Of a stretch of DNA of 47,694 nucleotides, positions 40,509 through 47,620 are shown piece by piece. Origin of the DNA: a virus. Location: IMG/VR virus record IMGVR_UViG_3300030618_000030; one strand, written 5' to 3'. Each line of letters opens with the position of its first letter. Positions within the stretch are counted from its first letter, which is position 1. The position numbers and the translations under genes were made by a program. The notes under the pieces are model-generated. The model was not told where the DNA came from, ran no database searches, and saw nothing but the letters and a program-made list of their open reading frames with translations.

Positions 40509-43133
40509 ATGCAAGATATCAATACGCTGCGTGCTGCGCTGGCGGGGCCGCTTGCCCCATTGACCCAGTATCGGCAGTTTATGCTGTGGCGGCTTGAGCC
40601 GGATGTATCGGGCGGCAAGCCGCGTAAGATTCCCTATCGCATTGACGGCAGTATGGGTTCGAGCACGGACCCGACCAGTTGGGTAGACGCCGCAACCGCG
40701 CTTGATGTGGCGCAGCGTTCCAATATGGGCGTGGCGTTCGTATTGTCAGACGCGGACCCGTTCATCTTTATTGACGTTGACGGTTGTGTGGTCGACGGCA
40801 AGTGGGATACCGATGCGCTTGATACGTTCGGTCGCTTTCCAGGTACAGCATTCGAAGTGTCACAGTCTCACACCGGGTTTCATTTGTTCGTCGCGGGTAA
40901 TACACCGCCGGGATACACCGGCCGCAAGCGCGGTAAGTTCGAGTGTTACCGTACGTCGCGCTTTGTCGCATTGACCGGCATTGGCGCAACGGGACAACTT
41001 TTGAATTTCGGCGCAGGATTGGACGCCTGGATAGCTGACAAATTCCCCCTTGCTGTTAGTGACGGCGAGCTAGGCCCGCTTAAGTGGCACACCGCACCGA
41101 TACCCGAATGGGCCGGGCCGCACGATGACGCCGAACTGTTGCGCCAGTTCTTAGCCGAACCTGTGCGCGCCAATGCTGCGATGGCGTTCGCTAATCTTGT
41201 GCCGGGTCAAGTGCCTGACATGCCGGTGAGTAACGCAGACCTGTTCAATGCAACAGCCTCAGTGCTTGCAAGTGCATACCCATCCGATAAAGGTGATGCA
41301 TTCGATAAGAGCAACGCGGCGTTTGCGCTCGCGTGTCGGCTGGCGTATTGGACCGGTAAAGACTGCCCACGCATCGAGCGACTGATGGGGCTTGCAGCGT
41401 TTCGTCGTACCAAGGCCGATCAATATCACAGCAACGGCATTACATACATGCATTGGGACATTATGCGTGCGTGTGCGTTCACAACGAAGGTGCGCTACCA
41501 ACGCGCCGAAGCTGCCAACGCGGAAGTGGTTGCCAATGCGGCGCAAGCATACGACGCTTACTATGATCGAATAGCCGCGGCACCGGATATACATGCAGTG
41601 CGCGTAATTACCGGTGAGGTCGCAGTTGATTTACGTATTGATCCGACGTTGCGCGAGTTGCTCGCCGGGCACGTACAGGCCAGCTTGCTCACCAGTGGCA
41701 GCAAGCTCAAGATAGACGAGTGCCGCAAGTTGGTCGCGCAGCGCAGCGCACACCCCGCACCCGACCGACAAGCGATGCAGCGTCAAACGAATATCGCGTT
41801 AAATCTTGATGAGGACTTACCAACGCTGGCACCCGTGCTCACTACGGCGCAAATGCTAGATGAATATGTGTTCATTGCGGACGGCTCGAACGTTGCTAGT
41901 ATTTACGATGGCAAGTCTGCGTTCACCTTGCCCGACTGGCGCAACATGATGGCCGCAAGTCGTACCGTAATGCCCGACGGCGCCACTGTCGAACATACGG
42001 AAGCATGGCGCACGCATGCGGGTCGCAAGTCTGTAGCAACTCGAACATTCCATGCCGGTGAGAGCGTCATCACCCGTGATCCTAACGGACGCGTGGCGCT
42101 CAATCTGTGGCGCCCGGTCGCTCGTGGCACTGCGGCGACTGTAGATATCGGGCCATTCTTAGAACACGTTAATTATCTGTTCGGGTCTGACGCCGGGGCG
42201 TTCCTAGACTGGCTTGCTCACATCGAGCAATTTCCCGGCGTGTTGCCGCACTACGGGTTCCTTCACATAGCGGACCACTTTGGATGTGGGCGCAACTGGC
42301 TTGAATCCGTCATTGCTCGCTTGTGGCGTGGTTATGTCGCGCCCAGTGTGGATATGGATCAGCTAATTGGTGGCGGGTTCAATGGTGCGCTTGCTGGCCG
42401 CATTATTGCCGTGGTTGATGAGATACGGGCGGGCGCTCGCGAAGACGCGTACATGTTAGAGGGAAAGATACGCAATATGCTCACCGAAGAAACACGGTCG
42501 ATCAATCCGAAATATGGCCGGGCCTACATGGAACATAACGCGTGTCGCTGGCTGTTGTTCTCGAACCATAAGAACGCTATCCCGATGAATGCGAATGACC
42601 GCAGATGGTACGTGATCCATTTGGGGCTTAAGCCGCGTGAGGCGCATGTCTATAGCTATCTGTACGGGCTGCTCGAACAACCGGCGTTCATTGATTCGGT
42701 CGGTATATGGTTGCGCCAACGTGATCTAAGCCAGTACAACCCCGGCGCCCGGCCGCCTGAGACAACCGCGAAGCTACGGGCCATTGACGCAAGCAAGTCG
42801 GACTATCAACGGCTGGCGGCTAACGTCGTTAAATACTGGCCCGCGGACCTGATCACTACAAACGATCTCACAAGCATCATGTTTGAAGGTGACATGAGCG
42901 CGATGGGTAAGAAAATTAACGCAGCAATGAAACATGCGTTACAGGATTGCGGCATGCACTACGTGGACAAGCCATTATTCGATGCGAGCGGCGCTAGACA
43001 CCGAACATGGATCGTTCGGAACGTTGATTACTGGCTTGCCGATCTTAAATTACTGAGGACGGCGCCCGAATTTAACAAGTTGGTGGCGTTTAACAAAGGC
43101 ACCGGCAACCAAACTTTGACGGCCCTACTGTGA
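40509..43133 (+). CDS. bifunctional primase-polymerase (prim-pol) with PriCT-like region and SF3-type helicase/NTPase domain
   Basis: Prim-pol motifs FIFIDVDGC and SQSHTGFHLF. PriCT-like AFDKSNAAFALACRLAYWTGKD. C-terminal Walker B IIAVVDE and LFSNH. The Walker A position is atypical (HFGCGRNW). Confidence 0.8.
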   Translation: MQDINTLRAALAGPLAPLTQYRQFMLWRLEPDVSGGKPRKIPYRIDGSMGSSTDPTSWVDAATALDVAQRSNMGVAFVLSDADPFIFIDVDGCVVDGKWDTDALDTFGRFPGTAFEVSQSHTGFHLFVAGNTPPGYTGRKRGKFECYRTSRFVALTGIGATGQLLNFGAGLDAWIADKFPLAVSDGELGPLKWHTAPIPEWAGPHDDAELLRQFLAEPVRANAAMAFANLVPGQVPDMPVSNADLFNATASVLASAYPSDKGDAFDKSNAAFALACRLAYWTGKDCPRIERLMGLAAFRRTKADQYHSNGITYMHWDIMRACAFTTKVRYQRAEAANAEVVANAAQAYDAYYDRIAAAPDIHAVRVITGEVAVDLRIDPTLRELLAGHVQASLLTSGSKLKIDECRKLVAQRSAHPAPDRQAMQRQTNIALNLDEDLPTLAPVLTTAQMLDEYVFIADGSNVASIYDGKSAFTLPDWRNMMAASRTVMPDGATVEHTEAWRTHAGRKSVATRTFHAGESVITRDPNGRVALNLWRPVARGTAATVDIGPFLEHVNYLFGSDAGAFLDWLAHIEQFPGVLPHYGFLHIADHFGCGRNWLESVIARLWRGYVAPSVDMDQLIGGGFNGALAGRIIAVVDEIRAGAREDAYMLEGKIRNMLTEETRSINPKYGRAYMEHNACRWLLFSNHKNAIPMNANDRRWYVIHLGLKPREAHVYSYLYGLLEQPAFIDSVGIWLRQRDLSQYNPGARPPETTAKLRAIDASKSDYQRLAANVVKYWPADLITTNDLTSIMFEGDMSAMGKKINAAMKHALQDCGMHYVDKPLFDASGARHRTWIVRNVDYWLADLKLLRTAPEFNKLVAFNKGTGNQTLTALL

Positions 43134-43141
43134 ATTATGGA

Positions 43142-43270
43142 GAACAGAGAACAGTCGGGAACAGTCTACAGAAAAAGAGCTGTTCAAAAGTAATAAGTAT
43201 TAACCCTAATAGGTATATAGGTGGTGGCTATGGAGTTTTTGCCTAGACTGTTCCCGACTGTTCTCTGTTC
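43142..43270. repeat. Perfect 27-bp inverted repeat (43142-43168 / 43244-43270) built of GAACAG iterons, flanking an AT-rich 75-bp core. Candidate ori or pac region.
   Basis: The left arm gaacagagaacagtcgggaacagtcta is the reverse complement of the right arm. GAACAG occurs at 43142, 43149 and 43159; CTGTTC occurs at 43180, 43248, 43258 and 43265. Confidence 0.9.
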
Positions 43271-43290
43271 CCGGCAATTAAAGGCGTGAT

Positions 43291-44100
43291 ATGAGTACGG
43301 ATAATTTAACGCCAAAGCAACAAGCGTTTATTTTGGCTCGTGTAGAACTTGGGAACGATACGGAAGCATATAAGCGTGCGTATGACTGCGCACGTATGAA
43401 AGAAACAACGATATCTAGGAATGCGCATGCGTTAGTGCGGTTGCCAAAAGTGGCAGCTAAATTGCAGCAAATCGAAGAACGATCCGAACGCGCCGCCATC
43501 CTAGACCGTGCCGGCGTGATCAATTTAATTACCGAAATTGCAACGGCCGACGCGACCGCATTTAGCGAATTGCAGATACGGAACTGCCGGCACTGTTGGG
43601 GCGTGGGACATCGGTTCCAATGGGCCAATGAAACGGAGTTCGCCTTTCGGTGCGCCGAAGTGATGGACCGCAACGCAAAGGCGGTCCGTAAGTGGCAGGC
43701 GGGCAAATGCAAGCCCCGCGACGAACCCGTTCCGGAAGAGTTGCCGACTGATGAGGGTGGCTATGGGTTCGTCGTCACACACGAGCCGAACGCCGAATGC
43801 CCCTCATGTCTAGGTGAAGGGTTAGAGGTCGTACGGTTCAAAGACACACGCAAACTCAAAGGCGCGTCGAAACGTTTGTTTGCCGGTATCAAGACCGGCC
43901 CGCGTGGCATCGAGATAAAGACGCGTAGTCAGGAACATGCGCTAGGCTTGCTTGCCAAGATTCACGGTATTGACAATGATCCGCCACCGGCCGCACCAGG
44001 GGGCACCACGTTTAACAACTACGGGCAGGCTGTTGTTATGATTCCAACTGATCCGCTCGAAGCAGCGCGGGCCTATCAAGAATTAATGAAGGGGGGTTAG
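43291..44100 (+). CDS. terS: terminase small subunit (Terminase_2-like N-terminus) with CxxC...CxxC insert
   Basis: The N-terminus LTPKQQAFILARVELGNDTEAYKRAY...AHALVRLPKVAAKLQQIEERSE is typical of TerS. It is followed by CRHCWG...CPSCLG. Confidence 0.75.
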   Translation: MSTDNLTPKQQAFILARVELGNDTEAYKRAYDCARMKETTISRNAHALVRLPKVAAKLQQIEERSERAAILDRAGVINLITEIATADATAFSELQIRNCRHCWGVGHRFQWANETEFAFRCAEVMDRNAKAVRKWQAGKCKPRDEPVPEELPTDEGGYGFVVTHEPNAECPSCLGEGLEVVRFKDTRKLKGASKRLFAGIKTGPRGIEIKTRSQEHALGLLAKIHGIDNDPPPAAPGGTTFNNYGQAVVMIPTDPLEAARAYQELMKGG

Positions 44101-44102
44101 AC

Positions 44103-44393
44103 ATGCAGAAGTGGGAACGAGGCGCACGCGCAGCTATTGTCATTAGTGAACATTACGAAAATCATAACCGAGTCGTGACGTTGACCGACACCTATACGTA
44201 CAGTAGTGGCAAAGTCGGGTGGTTAGTTGAAGACGGCAAGTTGTTCAAAGGTTACGACCATAGCAAGTTGCCCGCACGGGCGTTTGTTTGGAAAATGAGA
44301 CTTGGCATTGAACAGTGGAAATTGCGCTTGCTTGACGACAACGAGCCGGTCGTAATACGCGATGAAATTGAATATGTCGAACAGACCGTCTGA
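44103..44393 (+). CDS. hypothetical protein (96 aa)
   Basis: ATG ORF with a GGGGGG RBS, 2 nt after the TerS stop. Confidence 0.6.
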   Translation: MQKWERGARAAIVISEHYENHNRVVTLTDTYTYSSGKVGWLVEDGKLFKGYDHSKLPARAFVWKMRLGIEQWKLRLLDDNEPVVIRDEIEYVEQTV

Positions 44394-44565
44394 GCGCAGG
44401 CACTGGGTGCGGTTTTCTGTAGTGTTAGACGGCGACCGTGTGTATCGATTGGGTGAACACGATTCGCCACGCACTATTAACGCCGTATCAAACACTACGC
44501 TTGTGCTTGATCGTATGATCCGTAAAGGCAAAGACGCTTGGACGGGTAGAATAGACCCGCCATGA
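44362..44565 (+). CDS. hypothetical protein (67 aa; alternative start 44374)
   Basis: ATG ORF overlapping the upstream gene by 20-32 nt, ending just before the terminator. Confidence 0.4.
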   Translation: MKLNMSNRPSERRHWVRFSVVLDGDRVYRLGEHDSPRTINAVSNTTLVLDRMIRKGKDAWTGRIDPP

Positions 44566-44578
44566 TGGGTTGTCTCTT

Positions 44579-44612
44579 TGCCCCGGTGCAATTACTGACC
44601 GGGGCATTTTTT
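44579..44612. terminator. intrinsic terminator between convergent genes
   Basis: tgccccggt-(10 nt)-accggggca followed by TTTTTT. Confidence 0.8.
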
Positions 44613-45195
44613 ATGCAACAACCGTTTCGCCTTGTTCGGCTGTGACGTCTTCCGGTTGTGCCGCGGGCGGTCGCTCGAACAACTCGTGAGCCATTGTCAT
44701 CAACTGTGTTGCAAGCTCGATCAGTTCCTCACGCGTCGCACTTGGCGGAATGACCAAGTGCAAATGCTGCGTACCGATCTTGCGGCCGGGCGTCACTTTG
44801 CGAGGAGGTCGAATCTTGTCGCATGCTAGCAATACCTCATTGACCGAATTGAGCTTTAGCGCCTTGATATGCGGCCGGAACGCGTCGACCAACTCACGTT
44901 TGGTCAATCCCTGCGCCCATTCATTTATGTCATCCGTACCAACGAAGTCAAACAGCGCACTGGCGGCACTAATGCGCCGATTTATGGACTTCCAATCCAT
45001 ATCGCCCGGCTTGGCGCACTTACTGCCGGCCGCACCGTAAATCGTCAATAGCGTTTCGCGGGCCAAACGCTTCATGTTGTCGCATTCGAGAATGACGGCA
45101 AAACCAACGGCCAGTTCGATTTCAAGCGCGGTTGATCGTGACAACGCTGCTTCAACGATTGCGTTGCTGTATGCCTTAAGGTGCGTCTTATTCAT
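44611..45195 (-). CDS. hypothetical protein (194 aa), the sole leftward gene of this region and a candidate regulator by position only
   Basis: The in-frame ATG at 45195 (MNKTHLKAY...) has GGAG 8 nt upstream and lies downstream of promoter P9. The track start at 45288 lies upstream of that promoter. Confidence 0.65.
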   Translation of the reverse strand: MNKTHLKAYSNAIVEAALSRSTALEIELAVGFAVILECDNMKRLARETLLTIYGAAGSKCAKPGDMDWKSINRRISAASALFDFVGTDDINEWAQGLTKRELVDAFRPHIKALKLNSVNEVLLACDKIRPPRKVTPGRKIGTQHLHLVIPPSATREELIELATQLMTMAHELFERPPAAQPEDVTAEQGETVVA

Positions 45196-45213
45196 GGTGT
45201 AGACTCCTAGTTG

Positions 45214-45243
45214 TTGACAGACCGGACAAGTTGCCGGTAAATT
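45214..45243 (+). promoter_or_regulatory. candidate rightward promoter P10
   Basis: TTGACA(45214-45219), 18-nt spacer, TAAATT(45238-45243). The predicted start lies just before the palindrome at 45253-45267. Confidence 0.45.
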
Positions 45244-45244
45244 C

Positions 45245-45273
45245 AATGTAGAACCGTTATTAACGGTTTGCAA
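45245..45273 (-). promoter_or_regulatory. promoter P9 (class II, perfect palindromic operator in the spacer), minus strand
   Basis: Reverse complement reads TTGCAA, spacer ACCGTTAATAACGGTTC, TACATT. The palindrome at 45253-45267 is perfect. Confidence 0.6.
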
Positions 45274-45311
45274 GTTATTTATTAACATCTTATGTAAGGA
45301 AACGTACAGAC

Positions 45312-45608
45312 ATGGGCAAACCTACCAATCTCACGACGGCACACGCGCAACAGGCCGAACTAGCAGCAATTTTCGCTCCTAAGAGCGCCGCAGCAGGCAA
45401 CAGCGTAACGGCCGGGCAGTTGATCGAAGCCAATGCACAAATCGAAACATTGACCGCAGAGAACGAAGCGTTTCGAGCGGCTAACGACGAAGGTGCGTCA
45501 ATCGTGACAGGCTTGAATCAACAGATTGAAACGTTGACGGCCGAACTTGCGGCCGAAAAAGAAGCACACGCGAAAACTCAGGCGGCATTGACCGCTGCAA
45601 CCGCATAA
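45312..45608 (+). CDS. coiled-coil protein (98 aa)
   Basis: ATG ORF. Repeated ...QIETLTAEN / QIETLTAEL... heptad-like segments. Confidence 0.6.
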   Translation: MGKPTNLTTAHAQQAELAAIFAPKSAAAGNSVTAGQLIEANAQIETLTAENEAFRAANDEGASIVTGLNQQIETLTAELAAEKEAHAKTQAALTAATA

Positions 45609-45625
45609 CAACAAGGCGACCCGTC

Positions 45626-46093
45626 ATGGAAAATCTAAAGTTAGTGCTTGAGCACAGCCCGTATAAACCGCGTACGGCCAAAGTGTTGACCCCGGCTGTG
45701 TACGAAGCGGCCCAAGTCGAATTAGACAACTTGGAAAAAGACGCAACCGCGTACCGGCGACTGATCGATACCGGCGAAATAACGCGGGGCGATTGGTTTC
45801 CTAAGTACGTATTGGACCTTGAAGCCGACGCCCAACGATTCCAGGGGTTGCGGTTGATCATGCTCGAACATAACGAAGCGTTACAAGAAAAGTTCTTTGA
45901 TGTTTTGGAACAAGTTGTGCCGCTTGACCCCGACGCACTGCCGACGCCGGAACAACTGAATGTAGGAATTGATGTTGCGTTGTTCGAATGTGCAAAACTT
46001 CGTCGGCAATGTAAAGGTGTCAATTGCACGTCGGACGGCAAGACGCAGCATTCAACCGAGTGCGATCAAGCATGCCGCGATGCAGACCGTTAA
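45626..46093 (+). CDS. hypothetical protein (155 aa)
   Basis: ATG ORF. Confidence 0.65.
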   Translation: MENLKLVLEHSPYKPRTAKVLTPAVYEAAQVELDNLEKDATAYRRLIDTGEITRGDWFPKYVLDLEADAQRFQGLRLIMLEHNEALQEKFFDVLEQVVPLDPDALPTPEQLNVGIDVALFECAKLRRQCKGVNCTSDGKTQHSTECDQACRDADR

Positions 46094-46232
46094 GCCGCGG
46101 GCGCGACAGCTTGGGTCGCAATGGTTCGTTTTTGGAAACGGTATAACCGGTTATGACGAAGCGTCACTAGACGCAGCATATGAAAATTGGTGTCAGCTCG
46201 TCATGAAACAGTTGTGCAACCCGAAGCCGTGA
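46080..46232 (+). CDS. hypothetical protein (50 aa)
   Basis: In-frame ATG at 46080 of ORF 45969-46232, with a 14-nt overlap. Confidence 0.35.
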   Translation: MQTVKPRARQLGSQWFVFGNGITGYDEASLDAAYENWCQLVMKQLCNPKP

Positions 46233-46260
46233 TATAGTGGCGACTCTTTACCGTTAATAA
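46212..46260 (+). promoter_or_regulatory. candidate extended -10 promoter P12 plus a downstream operator half-site
   Basis: TGaTATAGT at 46230-46238, with a weak -35 TTGTGC. The half-site ACCGTTAATAA lies at 46250-46260. Confidence 0.45.
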
Positions 46261-46278
46261 CACTTTGGAGAAATCCCC

Positions 46279-46575
46279 ATGATGAAAAGTATTCGACTGA
46301 CGATGATCGCGATGGGCGTAATGGGTTTGGCAATGTCCGACGTTTCCGGTGCGACCGATCCGGCGCCCGCAACCACTGTCGTAACGCCGGCAACTCCCGT
46401 TGCGGTCGACCTGACCGACGTAAAAACGGAGCACGTCAGCTTGCTTGAACGTTTCGTCGCATTGCTCAAGCGCGACGAACAATGGATTGTCGACAACATC
46501 GAAGCCGGCGTTACGGCGCTTGAAGGGATGTTCGAACCGAAGCCCGAAGTACCCGCGCAAGGCACCAGTAGCTAA
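46279..46575 (+). CDS. secreted protein (98 aa) with a signal peptide
   Basis: MMKSIRLTMIAMGVMGLAMSDVSGA-TDP.... GGAG RBS, with a terminator downstream. Confidence 0.65.
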   Translation: MMKSIRLTMIAMGVMGLAMSDVSGATDPAPATTVVTPATPVAVDLTDVKTEHVSLLERFVALLKRDEQWIVDNIEAGVTALEGMFEPKPEVPAQGTSS

Positions 46576-46599
46576 ACACCAGCGTCGACGATTGAAGGA

Positions 46600-46632
46600 A
46601 ACGGCCCGTATGTTGCATACGGGCCGTTTTTA
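46600..46632 (+). terminator. intrinsic terminator
   Basis: acggcccgtatg-ttg-catacgggccgt followed by TTTTT. Confidence 0.8.
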
Positions 46633-46633
46633 T

Positions 46634-46663
46634 TTGTACGGAACGTTATTAACGGTTTATACT
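46634..46663 (+). promoter_or_regulatory. promoter P11 (class II operator in the spacer)
   Basis: TTGTAC(46634-46639), 18-nt spacer ggAACGTTATTAACGGTt, TATACT(46658-46663). Confidence 0.6.
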
Positions 46664-46692
46664 TAGCGGACCAATCTAACCGGGAATGACAA

Positions 46693-47013
46693 ATGCAAGA
46701 CGATGTAGCGCGGGACAGAAATATGCCGGAGTGTCCACCGCCGGCCGCACCGGATCATAGGGACCGTCACATTGAGTTTCTTAGCCGCAACGTTGAATAC
46801 TGGCAAAACAACTACAACCAACTCAATGCGGCGTTCGCTGAATACGTCGAACATGCGCAAGCCATGCGACCGGTGGTGTTACGGCGCGATTCGTTGCCAT
46901 TGGTCTATGAGATCTACCGCGATCAGACCGGGCAATATAGCACCGTCGACAAGGCCGGATATGACGCCTGGGACGGCCCGAAACGGATCAGTATTACCTT
47001 GGAGTCACAATGA
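46693..47013 (+). CDS. hypothetical early protein (106 aa)
   Basis: ATG ORF downstream of P11. Confidence 0.6.
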   Translation: MQDDVARDRNMPECPPPAAPDHRDRHIEFLSRNVEYWQNNYNQLNAAFAEYVEHAQAMRPVVLRRDSLPLVYEIYRDQTGQYSTVDKAGYDAWDGPKRISITLESQ

Positions 47014-47282
47014 TGAGCATTAAATTTCTAGCGCGCTATCGCATCCAAATAACCATTGCCGAAGTGCGAGAACCCGCACGCGTAGGTAAGCCCGTCGAGC
47101 ACATATATGTGGCTGGCATGGAATGCGATATTACATTTCGTCTTCTCGAAATTTTGCGATGCCACCGTGAGGGAATTGACCAAGATTCGCACGTCCATCG
47201 AGTGTTGACGTCCGGCACTATGACAATAATCAGCCAATTATCGCGAATACTTACAACGCACGTGCGGGAGACGTTCAAATGA
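47010..47282 (+). CDS. hypothetical early protein (90 aa)
   Basis: ATGA overlap with the upstream stop. Confidence 0.55.
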   Translation: MMSIKFLARYRIQITIAEVREPARVGKPVEHIYVAGMECDITFRLLEILRCHREGIDQDSHVHRVLTSGTMTIISQLSRILTTHVRETFK

Positions 47283-47620
47283 TCGATTACGAAGAGTTCA
47301 AAGAGCAACGCGACGACTTGCGCCGACAGTTGCGCGAATGGATCGCGGCGAAGTCCCTGGATAGGTCGGATCGTGGTGCGGCTGTACGGGCAGCACATCG
47401 TAAATATTTATTGGCACGTCAGGCAATTAACGGACGTGCCGGACAAGCACGGGATACTTGGCAAAGTTGTTACTCTGTGGAACGTTATGGGCAAGCGTCA
47501 GAGCAACGCCGGATTCGATATTTAACAAAAGCTCAGTTACCTGGATTAATTACAGCATTGACAAGCCCGCGCAAGATTGATCAGTTGATAGGCAACGGAG
47601 GTTGGGATGAAACTCGATGA
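47279..47620 (+). CDS. hypothetical early protein (113 aa); its 3' end lies in the terminal repeat
   Basis: ATGA overlap with the upstream stop. The last 53 nt are duplicated at 1-53. Confidence 0.6.
   Translation: MIDYEEFKEQRDDLRRQLREWIAAKSLDRSDRGAAVRAAHRKYLLARQAINGRAGQARDTWQSCYSVERYGQASEQRRIRYLTKAQLPGLITALTSPRKIDQLIGNGGWDETR

Noticed and set aside
45268-45296. A rightward promoter using the palindromic TTGCAA (45268-45273) as a shared -35 with TATGTA (45291-45296) as the -10.
   Set aside because: It would start transcription about 8 nt before the ATG at 45312, downstream of the AAGGA ribosome-binding site. The TTGACA-18-TAAATT promoter further upstream fits better. It cannot be fully excluded.
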